A stretch of 63,941 bases of DNA, counting the filler, from Phoronis australis (lineage: Eukaryota; Animalia; Phoronida), in assembly GCA_002633005.1 (NCBI GenBank). It is 6 parts of 6 records of this genome, joined end to end, with 100 filler letters (N's around TTAATTAATTAA, not from the genome) between each part and the next. Parts side by side here need not be neighbours in the genome. Positions count along the whole stretch, not along the records: positions 29,306 to 53,788 come from NMRA01000213.1; 5 more parts are not named here. One strand, given 5' to 3'. The position numbers and the translations under genes are program-made. Positions 38,301-51,448 of the stretch are shown in pieces (position 1 is the first letter of the stretch; the number at the start of each line of letters is the position of its first letter). The notes under the pieces are model-generated. The model ran no database searches. It was not told where the DNA came from and saw only the letters and a list, made by a program, of their open reading frames with translations.

Positions 38301-41300
38301 TTTCATTTTTGAACATCAATTAAACATTGGCCTACTTCAGTACCTGGTTTTGGTTCTGCAGCATATTAATTCTGAACTATGAATTGTGCGTGGAAGTAAG
38401 CTCAAGGCCTACAGGCGAACGCAACAAAATAACTTGATTAAAATGGTGAATTGAAAATTGCATTATCGGCGAGTACTAGCCGTTTCTGTAGCATTAGTCA
38501 ATGATTCTCAACTGGAAAGTGTCTCGGCAGTGTCTAGAAGTATATATTTCTATCTCACTTACCAGTCCTCGTCTTAAATATTTCGCAGGAGACAAAAGCC
38601 CTTACTGGTGGGACTACTCCAGTAGATGGAGCGCGTTTTCTCTCAGTCTACAACAGATGGATTACGAAGAGGCCAAGCGATATTGTGACATGCGCAACAG
38701 CCACGTGCTTTTCCTGAATAGCCAGGAAGAACAAAGGCAAATCGTAAAATGGAAAAATGAGTAAGTTCGGTAACAGACTATTTTTGACTCTTGCAAAACT
38801 TAATTGATTAAGCCTTAGAGTAATTTGTATACTAAATTTTCAGAACATATGTCGTATTATTATTACCTTCCCAAGGGGATTATGTTTTGTTTTTTTGAAA
38901 GAGCGTGTCTTGGAGGGTCACTCCCAGGCATAAGCAAATGGCTTTTGGATGGTTACCTACATGTAGGAATTTCGAAACCCCCACATGAAGGTGCCAGGTA
39001 ACTGATATTTGTCAGTCCATCCTTTGCTCGTAGATTGTTCTGTGTTCCAGGCTGTTTCGTAGCTATTTCTGGATACGTTGTAATTATTTAGATGGGACTT
39101 GATAGCAATGCTTATAGAGGGCAGGTAAAAACCTTTCACAGGGCAAAAGTGGGAATTAAGGGTACATATACCTGATGGACCTTGCGCGAGTGCCTCAAAA
39201 CACACTGAAAAAGTAACCCTTATCCGCAATTTTCAATACGCTGATGTTGTTATCTTGTTATTATGGGTGACCCCCGGGTGTGTGTGTGTTATGTGTGTTA
39301 GGTTTATCTCGGAATTTACAGACGGATTTTCATGAAAACTTCAGCACAACAAGCACCAGTCGATAGCATTTTTGGGTTTCTCAGGGCCTAACGCTATTTA
39401 AAATCTTGTAGTCAATCCTCTCGTGCCGCAATTGACAACACACTGCACGTGCGCGACCATGTTGCTGTTCAGTGCTACAAGGTGGGAGTCCTAATAAAGA
39501 CAATGTCTCTCAAATTTGGTTTTGATCGCCTGAGCATCGGATACTGTGTAGATTGGTATCCTTTCCGATCTTTAAATGGTGCTACTGTTGCACAGAAATA
39601 CTGTTTTGGAAACAATCACTTGAATGTTGCTTCCCCATTGTATGGATGAATCACACTCTATTTTTGTTGTCATAGCAAAAAGGTGTCTGTGGATGTCTTC
39701 TGGTTGAGTGAGGCCACGTCTAGCGCAGCCTCATATGACTGGATGCAGCCGGTTGCAACGGGATTTCACTCACTGAACCAGTGCTCGAATATTGAGTGCA
39801 GCACCACCCAATGCTACGAGATGGCACAGTTCTGTAATGATACCCAGTCGGTAATATGTGAGAAAAACATAGAAGGTAGGTATTAACTATGCGCAAAATT
39901 TCAAAAGACATTTCCATAAGTCTACATGTACATTTGTATTACAAGCAAACCACATAACAACACTAGCTACCTTCACGAAGCATATACAGGAACTTATCAC
40001 AGGTAAACTAGCACAACGGGGGATAACAGACTGGAAAATACCATTTCCTTCATTTTCTCCGTTTAAGAATATAGAATGGGTTTATCAATAAAAAGATAAC
40101 GCCATCAAGGATTACTAGAATAATTCGATGACTAATTTTTAAACCCTTCACACCTGGTAATAAATGCTTGAATTAGGTTACTAACAATTTTGGTATGGTG
40201 TTTTAAGTATTTCTTCTTCAGTTGTGTACTTTAATCAAGAAATACATGCAAAAGCATGAAACATTGTGACGTCATCAGTGGATCCAGTCTCCACCATTGT
40301 AATGTTATACACAAACCGCGAGCGGTAAGGGTCTCAAAAACTGAGTTTGACTAAGCAGTATGTAAAGTTACATGCGCGGGGGATACAATCGTACAGACAA
40401 TTATTCAGATTTGCTATTCCAAAAGACTCTAAGATCGGCCAGAAATGGCACAGGTTCGTGCGTCGGACACGGGTATGGTAGTACGCGGTGGAGCAGACGT
40501 TCATTTAAGAGGCTATGTTGTACGCGGATAGCCAATGTAGATAGCTAAATGCCACCGTGCTTAGTATGAATTTTATCGTTACCATTAATCGTGTTGCTGC
40601 CTTTTCATACCTCGTGAAGTTGATGTCGATAATTTGTCGTCATCGAGGTCAGTTTCAACGAATAGATTTTCAGACAAAACGACAGCAAGTTACGCTCGAG
40701 TTGGACATGATATGTACGCGTTTCCTAGTGTCTAATCCTAGCAGTAAAAAGTTGTAAAGGAAGACGCTGATAGACACCTCCCTCGGATACGATATTAATT
40801 TATCGCGAGCGCTGGCAAGACAATATGTCGCCGACAAAAAAAGTGAATTCGTCTGCCAAAAATAATATCGTGTGCTCTGGCCACAAGCGGACACGGCAAT
40901 AACAATGAGTGACACGGTCACAAAATAACGATAACGCCATTGAATTCGTTTTTGTGTACATGTAGATGATGAGCCAAGAAGCCTAAAGAATATGCCTGAT
41001 AGCTCATTTAAGTTGTCATCTTTCAACGCGTCAAATGGTTGCTTCAGTGGAAATGCATGCTGCGCTGTAACAAGATCAGACCCCAGGCATTATGGTCGAT
41101 GGGATCTGGGTGTTGACTGGGTGGTTACAGCCGTTGGGGCCAAGGTAATATCCTCCTATCCTTCTTACTGTAAAACAGTGAGTCACTTAGTTCACAGAAC
41201 CCTTTCGTGAATCACTTTTAGAGGACAAGTTGCGTTTCGGGACAATGTGATTAAATGTTTCCAGAAACATAACGATGACAACTCGTAGTCAGATTTCTAA

Positions 41301-44300
41301 ATTATTTCTAAATGTGGCCGAATTGCAATATAGTTGTACTAATATGATTGTCGTCAAGATAAGCTCCTTTGAGCTAGTTTATGGTACAAATGATTGTAGA
41401 AAATAATACTTCCATGCGGTCTGACTTCATTTGATTGGTTTTGAAGTACATTATGCTCTGGGGTTCTAGTGTTTGTTTAGGGTTGTCGACGAGGCCATAG
41501 TTTGGTATTGCCTTAAAGTGACTTGTCGTGTATGGGCGCTTCTTAATTTTAAAGTTGTTTCAACCGGATGGCACGGATCACGATCAGCGGCTTGTATGTT
41601 ACGAACTTTACTTGGCTATGGACGAGGATTCTGACGAGTGCGAAAAAGATTTCCCCCAAAGCACATATAAAGCGGTAAGGAAGAGTCTTAAAACGCTTTG
41701 ATCATACATGTATTTGTACGTAAATACATGTACGCTTCCGTTGACTTTGGATCCAAATGGGGCGTAATTTTATATTACACCCGACAGATTTGTCGGTTCC
41801 TCTTGGTATTTTGAAAGTAATTGGAAATAATCACAAATAATCGGAAATCGTAGGTTTTAACTTAATGCACAATAACACTTCTGACTTATCAGGTCTTACC
41901 AAATTATAACATAATAAACAGATCAAAGATACTTCTTATGTAACAAGAAAACCGAACTGTTTTCAACTAACAATGCAAAGGATAGAAGTAAATTTGTACA
42001 ATTTTCGCGATCCTTTTTCTTTTTGACGGAATATGATGAAATATTGGAGCACTCTTGTGTTTCGTGTTCAGTGCTTGTCTAAACAGTCATCACGGTTTTC
42101 TTTTACCAAGCTTAGCCTCACCAATGCATTTGAAATCGATCTTCACTATCAGCGTGCACCAATATAACATAAATATTAATATGTGCGCAGGGGCGAATCA
42201 AATTATTTTTGTCCTAGACGCACACGATATCTCACAAAATTTGATGTTAAGAAAAGTTGACGGCTCAAAGGGTTACTCTACCGCTATTTTAGCCCACGAG
42301 AGGGCGTGCGACCATTGACCAAGAGGGTCCGTGCTGCTACATGTACATTAATTTGGAAAGTGGACGAGATTTTGCGTTAATTGTGAAGCACTGAGATTAT
42401 TTATGTTGCCGTTCAGTATTGCTCATCTCATCGTTCCCATGTTGAAATTACAAGAAATGATTGTGATGATCTTTGTTGTTCGTGCATCATGTAAAGGAGA
42501 ACAACGTCTTAGCAAGTATGAACCATGCAAATCCATTATTTGTCTGTTCTCATACTTTCACCGTTTCAGTTCGTTGGTAACGTAGACAGACACACGGAAG
42601 TTCTTAACAAGCTAGAGTTTCCGCGCGTTGCACGATTTGTAGGGATCAGACTCCTTTCAAGTCAGGATTGGAACTCCTTACGTTTTGAAGTTTACGGCTT
42701 TCAGTACGGTAATTATTCTTCATAATTCATTTCTGTTTAAATGTCTCGTTTATGAAGATGTCAGTTGTCAATTTTAAGTCTTGTGCTTGTAATTGTCTTG
42801 TATTTGTGCCATTTTATTCACTGCTTAGTTAAAAATACCATACATGCATCAGGAGTAACATTATGTGCACTGTGGGGCGTTGTAGTGCTAGCGGGTGAAA
42901 GGTGCCGTGATTTTTATTCCACATTCTCTAAAATAGCTAACCAGTTCAATTGTATCATATTCCTTCTCTGGGAACACTGCAACTAATACAGTCACAACCA
43001 GGCTACCTATAAAATAAAATATACTGAAATGAAGTAATTATATTACACCAAGCTTCGTCTCGTCTTCATCTAAGTCTGCACTTCAGGCGTTATGCATCAC
43101 ATCGTCGCAGTAGCCCATGACTGGTAATTCGTGAATTAAATACGAAACTCACCTTGGAAAACCTATTTTATTTGTCACCTTTAATGGCTTAACAGATACG
43201 ACTGTCCAAAGGAATATGACTCTCTGCATAGACTAAAAAAGGTTTGGTTTTTGGGCATATGGAGGTCTTTGATCAATCATGTCAAGATCTGTACCCGGGC
43301 TATATTCTTTTCTTTACGAAATCAAACTCGGAATTATTGATAACATGTTTTTCTATTCCTCTGTATGAACTCAAGATAAGTGTTTATTATTGTATGCTTG
43401 AGTACATAATGTCTTTGGTGATAGCTGTATTATGCTAGTTTGTACTTAATGACCCCATCCCATCACTGGGGCTAGAACTCAAAATGTGGAGTTTTAATCG
43501 CGTTTTAGCTCGAGCCAAGAGTTCGCCAAATGCGTAGTTGGACTAGAAACCATTTGCATAAACAACAATGTAATCGAGCACAGAATAGTAGAAACTTATC
43601 TTGAGTTCTCACAAAAGTTCGAAATTGTCGAAAATAAGTTTTAGTTCGATTTTGGGGGGAAATATTAGAAGCTGGCCACAATAGCATTCCTTGCTCTACC
43701 GTGACCAAAGAATCAAACACAGCTGGTTCAATTTGTGTGATACTATTACCTGGACACCATGGGTCCATTCGGGCAGATAAAATCAAAAGCTATCTATCTT
43801 AGGTCCAATCACTCCATAAGTATGAAGTTTAGGATGGAAAACATGAAAAGATGGGTAACTGTGTTAAACGTTTTCCTATGATCGCTAAAAACAACATATG
43901 TCATTATTTTTATTTCCATGCTGTTCAGAATATTGTCATAAGTGACCACCAGGGATGAAATAGTGCTAGCCAGATAACTAGCGCGATCTCGCCAAACATG
44001 GAAGACGCTATCAACATCAATACAAACGGCCTTGCTGTCGTGAATTATACAAGTAAACCCTGTCTTTAATGAGAGTAGTCCGGTCCCTTAGCAGCCAAAA
44101 ACCCCCAAAACATTTACACCCCGGATTAAAGCACCAAATTTGGTACACAGATAGTTTGGGACACGCTGAATTTCATGGGGGTCGGTTGCCCGAAATTTGA
44201 GGTCAAGGTCAAGGTCAAATCAAGGTCAAAGGTCATGTGAGTAATTTTTTTGAAATGGCTTCAGACGAAATATCTGTTTCATTACTGTTTCAGGTGATAA

Positions 44301-45405
44301 ACAGGAGGCTTTATTTTTATTTAAAATTAATGTTAATAACTTGTACAAATAAGTTAAAAGTAAAAAAGTAATTTTCCAGACACTTAAGATGGTAATTATC
44401 CTAATTAATAGAGCATATACATTTTCAATGAAAAATAAGTCTAATTGTTTTCTCTGGCTGAGAAAAACTGTGAAACTAGTATGAATATGCATTAACTCAA
44501 CTCTANATATTTCTTTCCTGGTACGGTCGCATTAGTGGGGCGGGGATCGCGATCCTCCGAGTGTACGCCACAGTCTTCAAGTAAATGTAACTTGTAGTGT
44601 CAATGCCAGCGTAGAATAATTGAGCAGCAATAGGTAGATAGACGAAATTAGGATGAAAAGTCCGTAACAACATAAGTGGCGCACCATAAGGGGCTAGGAG
44701 TTGTAGCCCCACTTAATTCAGACTTGCGCCACCCATGGCTCCATGGTGGTGCACCACAGTGGGGCTGGGGGCTATAGCCCCCACTTTTTTAGTGCTGCGC
44801 CGCCCATGAACACGGACGGTAAAACCTAGAATCAGACACTTGCAGCGTTCGTTAGAGAATTTCATTTTTACTTTGACTTATCCCCAAAACAGTTGATGGG
44901 AATTGGACAGCTTGGTCGAACTGGGCGGCGTGTTCACTTACCTGTGCTGGAGGTTCACGAATTAGAATGCGGAACTGCACGAACCCTTATCCCATGAATG
45001 GCGGCCGTGATTGCGTAGGCAGCGCACAGGAGACGGTCACATGCAATACTTCGCATTGTCCAGTGAACGGACATTGGTCCGACTGGATAAATGTGACGTC
45101 ATGCAGTGTCTCTTGCGGCGGAGGATCATATAACAGATCAAGGAATTGCTCGAGTCCTTCACCTTCACATGGGGGGCTGTACTGCCAAGGAAACAGTTCT
45201 GAACTTATCGTCTGCAATACTTACCCGTGCCCCATCGATGGGAATTGGTCTTTATGGTCACAGTGGTCGAATTGCTCGTCAGAATGCGGTTTTTCATCTC
45301 GAAACAGAACTCGAACCTGCACGAACCCAGCCCCAGCATTTGGAGGTGTCGGTTGTGAGGAAAACGACACAGACATATCAGTTTGTGTCGTGGAAAAGTG
45401 TTCAA
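29351..45405 (+). CDS. Partial mosaic extracellular protein: [TSP1-PAN/apple-C-type lectin]x2 - F5/8 type C - TSP1x3
   Basis: Twelve GT-AG exons in compatible phase, 2700 nt: 29351-29557 (TSP1), 31776-32042 (PAN), 33989-34169 + 34474-34715 (CTL), 35095-35298 (TSP1), 37196-37471 (PAN), 38589-38760 + 39676-39875 (CTL), 40966-41144 + 41555-41674 + 42570-42708 (F5/8C; FVGNVD...ARFVGI...LRFEVYG), 44893-45405 (3 TSP1; WxxWxxCSxxCGGG...R.R.C). Start and stop not located. Confidence 0.8.
30907..31147. mobile_element. MITE of the CAGTGGCGGATCTAGG type carrying a (CA)n/(CG)n microsatellite
   Basis: CAGTGTCGGATCTAGG (30907) vs revcomp of CCTAAATCCGCCACTG (31132-31147) match at 14/16. The microsatellite spans ~30969-31044. 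Confidence 0.55.
32511..32651. repeat. Small foldback/MITE-like inverted repeat
   Basis: CGTTCAGTA-ACGCTAGGACCTAGC at left pairs with GCTAGGTCCTAGCGT...TACTGAACG at right. Confidence 0.55.
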
Positions 45406-47217
45406 GTAAGTTACCAGTCTTCTTGTGGAGATATAATAAATGCCCTCCTGTAGTTTACCCATCATGCCATTTGATTGGCAATGAAACAACAGCCCGAGTA
45501 ACTGAATAACGTCGTGTCTTCTTTACACTCCATGTACGGCACATCTACACGACTTACACCCGATACATCATTGCGTTAAAACCCGTAGATGCATGTAACG
45601 GTTAAGTTGTTTTTTTTTTGGTTATTTTATTTAAGACATTTCTTTCAATCTCATAACACTCTCATTTTCTACTTATGCTGTGACGTACACATCGAATGTT
45701 CATGAACGTGTGCTCGTGTGTTTAACGTGTGCGCTGTGAACTTCGTTTGGATGACCGAGCATGTGTGTATGTACGTTACTGCTTACGAGTGAGAATTCTT
45801 TCCAATCCTTCTGTGGACTGCTTATACACGATTCGGTGATGCAACATTCCTATTACGCATCTACGTATGCGCGTTGGTGGAAACCTGGAACGTTAAGGTA
45901 AAGCTAAGTTTCGGTTTGTTATTTAGTCAGTAGTGTTTCCCAGTCTATAGCCATCGTTGTTACACGACTACTGACGCTTCTGTCCTCTGACTGGCTGAAG
46001 CGAGGAACGATAACTTCCATTTTGGTGTAATGTCAACGACTACGCCGTGGATTATAGCAATCTTCCTGCACGTCACATGTAGCTATTCGCGATCTGATCG
46101 ACTAGCCTACTGAAACCACGAATCTCTGATAACAGAGCGAATATAGGGTCCCAGTGCTTCAATGAAGGTAAGAACATGTTAATCTTAAAAGAGACTTTAA
46201 AATCAGGCGAACCAAAGAACAGCAATTTTGTCGTCGGCCTTTTGTTTTGCTGTAGCACTGTTCTCACTCCGTTCATATAAATTAACCTAGGGATCGGTCT
46301 ATTCTTGTATACCGTTTTTACCCTTCGGAATCAACGATACTTAAAAACCCCACAGCGCATAATAGCAAATTTTGCCATACCCCCAGGCAGAAAAATTTCT
46401 CTGCTAAGTGTCAATGCACTGGCTCAATGAAGGAAAATGCCGAAACAATTTGCAGGAAACTCCGTCGTTGGACTTCCTGACTTCAATGTTGAACAGAAAT
46501 GTGTTGAAATATGTTGAAAACAAACCCGTAGAAAGGTAAATACTATTGCAGGTAGCACAAGCTGATTTGACTTTCCCCAACTGTCCACTCACCCCCCTCC
46601 AAAGTGGTCACGAAGTTCAGATTAGACCCTATCGCTAATCAGGTCGTCGCCAAGTTTCCTGGGAACATAAATTATGAGTGAGAGATACATGTATATCTAA
46701 GGTAACCTGGGATTTCTAACAGAGATCACCAAAAATCCAACCTTCCCCTTTAGTATTGCAGACAATGGGGGTAAGTAGAAGGACATCTCAGACGCGTCAA
46801 TGTTCAACTTTCAAAAGCGCAGCTGCCTCAACCATGCTACTCGACTTTGCCGCGGTCAAACAAAGATCACCTGACGAAATGGTAGGTTGTTACTTACATT
46901 GTGCTATGTCATCGTGTTTAACAGCATATTTCGAAAATGTGCGTTTTTCAAATTCCAAAATGGTTACAGTAGCTCTTCATCAACTTTACAGTGTTATTGA
47001 TAAATGGCGTAGAGACTGGGCTGTTGCAAAAATCTGGAAGAAAGGGTATTCATGGAAATCACTTCAGCAGTGGTTATTTCAACCCCATGTGAATATACAG
47101 TTAATGGAGAGACCGTTTCCTAAATTAAATCCGTTTTAATATCTGATGGTCAATTTCAACATTTATACAATTGACCAAGCAATCTTTTAACGTAGCGTCT
47201 GGTCAGGGCGCCTTTAA

Positions 47218-48920
47218 AGGAGAATGCCACCAGATTTAATTAGTCTTTTTTACCGTCTTAATATATCTACATCGCCTCTTATACGGTCGACCTCACCTTG
47301 CCGAGAGGTGTAGCGTTAACCTGAGAGGAAGGTGAAAAACGACGCAGCGACGTCAGTGGTTCGTCTGCATAGTGAATGCCGCTATATCGCGGCGCATCGT
47401 TCCCGCTTGTCCGAACTATGAAGCTGCGAAGAAAGCGGGTGTATCGTTTGACGACTTCCTCGAGAGCCCCAAATGCTTACGAAGTGGCTCGCGGTACTGA
47501 AGAATAAAAGGTACGCTGTTAATAGCAAGTACGAGGCCGTGAAACATCTCCGTGTCTGTGGCCGGCATTTCGTCGACAGTGATTTCTCTGACGAATTCCG
47601 GCTTTCCAAAGATCTATCCATACGTTCCGTTGCCTGTGCATGTTCACAGCGACTGTCTAGTATTTCTTGATCAGTGTATTCCGGTTCGAACTTATAACCT
47701 GTTAAACCTAACGATCCGACCAGTGTTTGTCGGATGAGCTCTTGACTAAGTCGGGATTTGCGCTGGGCGAGTTGCCATGCAGACGTTTATTATTCTGCGT
47801 TCTGTTTCAAAATGAATTATTGTCATCCTAACCACTGCTTATATAAAACTGAAACAAAGTATGTCTCATTAGATACAATTCGTAATGCCTTTGCCGTATT
47901 CGTGAGTGCAAATGTTGAGAAGCCTGCAATGAATAAACTACTGCGTTACCGGCTTTTGATGCCGGCAATGAAGGTAATTGACCGGGCACCCGAGGCCGTG
48001 TGAGCGCAAGCTCATTCAGTGTTTGTTGACAGAAAGCTGTTCTGAAACAATTACTCGATTTTATATGATATGGTCACATGTTAGGGGAATCTTTATTTAG
48101 AAATATAAATACATTATTCAAAGCATTGTTTCTGTACAACCTTTACCCTGACGGTCTGTGGAAGGGGAACCCGACTTCGCGGCCCCCGACAAGTAAGTAA
48201 AGATTTTCAGTTTCGTGGCTACATGAATTCACATAAATGATAACGTGCATATTATTTCTTTGGCTCAGTATTATAGTCTTTTAATGACTGGAGGTTTAGT
48301 TTCCAACTCAAGCTGGTTTATGTTCGTGCCAGTCCGGGCGGCCGCGACAGGCCTGATCGGGTTCCGAGCGGCTGGCCGGGAAAACGAGTCAGTCCGGCCA
48401 CGACGGGCCTGATCGGGTTCCGAGCCACTGGCTGGGATAACGAGAGTGTTGTGAGTTTAGAAGTCAAAAAATCACAAGTCTAAACAACACAGGTCTAGGT
48501 TCTCCTGTCTGTATTTCACGGAAGAATACTTCGAATTTATCTCCGAACAGACGCCAAACTCCTGCTACGGCATGGTAAATTGGCCTGCCGAACTTTGTAG
48601 GCTACGGTATGTCCAAACACCAATAAATACATAACAGCGAAATAAAACAACACGAACAAGAACTCGGTGTACTTTTAAGGGTTTTACATCGAAGTCTGAT
48701 GATTTACTGGTGTTAAACGATGAATTCATGAGATAAGCTGACACCAGTAACCCAAGTTGTGAACTGCTGAACAGACTGAAACCAATGACGTCATTGGACA
48801 ATTTCAGCACCTCCGTCTGCCGTCAGGTGTCAGGTAACGCAACCGAACGTGACGTTATCGAGTAGAAGTACTCGATCTAAATTGATACAAAATAGGTTGT
48901 TTTTTAGGTGAAATTCTCCT
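47218..48920 (+). mobile_element. Non-autonomous Kolobok-type DNA transposon with THAP relic
   Basis: TTAA on both flanks (47214-17, 48921-24). TIRs AGGAGAATGCCACC / AGGAGAATTTCACC match at 12/14, with RR...YY ends. A frameshifted THAP at ~47376-47610 reads IVPACPN...GVSF..LPREPQMLTKWLAVLK...LRVCGRHFVDSDF. Internal ~57-bp tandem duplication at ~48330-48445. Confidence 0.75.
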
Positions 48921-50299
48921 TTAACCGTTTAATTAATGTTACGAATAATACATGAAGTGGTACGATTACTGCATGCAGATCAAAACCATTTGATGCAGGC
49001 AGATATAGCAATTATAAAAAAGAATAAGTATTAAAGACGATCATTACTGCCAGAAATCAAAAGTACAAGTTATACTGTTGCTAGGCAGTGAGCTGCGTTT
49101 TAAAAATCAAAAGCGTTACTATTAAAACAGTTATTCAAACCTTTTGTGAACTCGACTACCTAACTTTTGATTGAGCCACATAAATTTATAATGTATTCTG
49201 TTTCTTGTTTTGAGACGGCTGTATTCGTAGAAAGTAGATGGGTACACTAAAGTATGAAGACCTACATGTAAATAACAACGCTGTTCAAGAAAACATGAAA
49301 TTCACTTAACGGTGCAGTATAGCGACTATGGAATTTCAGTGGAGGCGAAACCTGACTGGCGTGAGATAGCTTCTTTGGATTGAAATAGCGACGTGCTATT
49401 GCTTTACATCACCTACAGTTCTCTTTTACACGATCTCCTTGTACTATTTCAGGGAAAGACGAACGCCAGATACTTGGCAATTCACCTTTCCACTTGTAGC
49501 AATGCAAAGCACGTGCGGATTAGACCCCTCACTAATAAAGTCCTCGCTGTTTAAAGGGCACGTATTTCCTGGCGGCAAGTACACATTCCTTTCCAAATTA
49601 GAATGTTGATTCCTGGTTCCTGGTGAATACAGCTCTCTGTAGCTCACTACTGTAACACATTACAGCTGCTTTTATCAATGCAGATTTTCCCAGTGCTACA
49701 TGCACACGTGGCACTGCATGGTCGAATATTCATAAGGCTGATGAACGATCTATGTCACAAAATATTGTCTTTTTTACATAGAAGGAAAGGTTGCTGCCCT
49801 CCTCTAATAATTAAATGTATGGCAGGTGGTCACATTGGACCAATTGGTGGTACTCTGCGGTGAATTCCAAAACGAGACAAAGAATCAGTAATTGCTCCGA
49901 GCCATTTGCCAAAAGAAAAAAGGGACTTTTGTTGTACCTGCATTTTCCCATTTGAAACATGAGCAACGCAGAGCGTTGAAATGCGCCCACAATTGCACCG
50001 TATACGGTATCCTTCTAGGGTTGTTTATTGGTATCATAAAGTGGCCAGTAGAGGGCATATATGTAGTATGTTGTACTTTGCAAAATGCAAAGGCATGGTC
50101 ACTGTCTCCTCAATAGGCTAGGGGCAAAATGTGAGTGATCTTCATAATACAAGCATATCCTATGCATCAGTTGCTTAAAGCACCACAGTAGCACAAAAAA
50201 ACAAATTTACCAACATATGAGATTAGCACAGCACTAGAATGCCAGAAACAAATTTCTACTTGGAACTTTTCCTTCAGTCACGAAGTAACACAAAGTATA

Positions 50300-51448
50300 C
50301 ACCTGAAGACCTATGAAAATACAGAGGTCAATGTGAAATACTTAAATTGCCACTAGAGGCATACCGGTAGTCAGAATCATCCTAAAGTCGTCATCGTCCG
50401 TTGTCAACATCACATAAATACAATTGCTAAATTTAGTAAAGATCCTGCAAACGGTTTGGGAGATACAGCCATGGGCGCAAAAAAACTGCCACTAGGAGGC
50501 GCCACAGTAATCAAAGTCATGGGAAATTCAGCGTCAACCGTCCTCTTCATAGTAAGAGCATACATGCCAATTTTCACAATCATACTTAGAGCGGTTTGGT
50601 TGATAGAGGTGTGGACGCCAAAAAACAGACCCAAAAACAGTAAAAATGGCCACTGGGTGTCGCAAACTAGGTCGAATTAATCCGAAAATGGGAGAATAGC
50701 GTCATCGCCCTAATAGGTGCCTACATACCAAATTTCATGAAAATCCGTTAAGGACTTGTGAAGATACAGAGGTAAACGTAAAAAAATAAAATTGCCACTA
50801 GGGGGCACACAGGTAGGCGGATCCGTCCAAAAGTCGTCATCGTCTGTTGTTAACATCATATAATTACACTTATTAAATTTCGTAACGATCCTGCGAACGG
50901 TTTAGGAGATACAGCCATAGGCGCAAAAAAACAAAACTGCCACTAGGAGGCGCCACAGTAATCCAAATCGTCTGAAAATCACTGTCAGCTGTCTTCCTTA
51001 TAGTAAGCACATACATGCCAATTTTCACAATCATCCTTTGAGCGGTTTGGTTGATAGAGGGGTGGACGCAAAAATACAGACTCGAAAACAGTAAAAATGG
51101 CCACTGGAAGATAGCGTCATCTCACTAATAGGTGCCTACATACCAAATTTCATGAAAATCCGTTCAGGACTTTTGAAGATACAAAGGTAAGCGTAAAAAA
51201 CTAAAATTGCCACTAGGGGGCACACCGGTAGTCGGATCCGTCCGAAAGTTCGCACATGCCGTCCCATTCATGAATGGAACATATGTGCCAAATTTCATGA
51301 ACATATGTCGAAGGGTTTTGGAGATAGAGCAGCGGACGCCAGACGCCGGACGGACGCCGCCCGTACGGACGGACGGACGGACGGACGGACGGACGGAAGG
51401 AGATGACGGCATAATGCGTCCACATATAAATATGTGGGCGCATAAAAA
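50300..51448. mobile_element. Helentron/Helitron2-associated non-autonomous element (HINE-like) with internal tandem array
   Basis: Two-plus tandem units of ~415-445 bp (anchors 50317, 50762, 51177), then (GGAC)n at ~51366-51397, then the hairpin ATGCGTCCACATA-TAAA-TATGTGGGCGCAT and an A-run. The left boundary is approximate. Confidence 0.6.

Noticed and set aside
44130-44260. AGGTCA repeats as a nuclear-receptor response element (also ~19375-19410)
   Set aside because: They sit within sequence resembling a common interspersed-repeat core; regulatory function cannot be supported.
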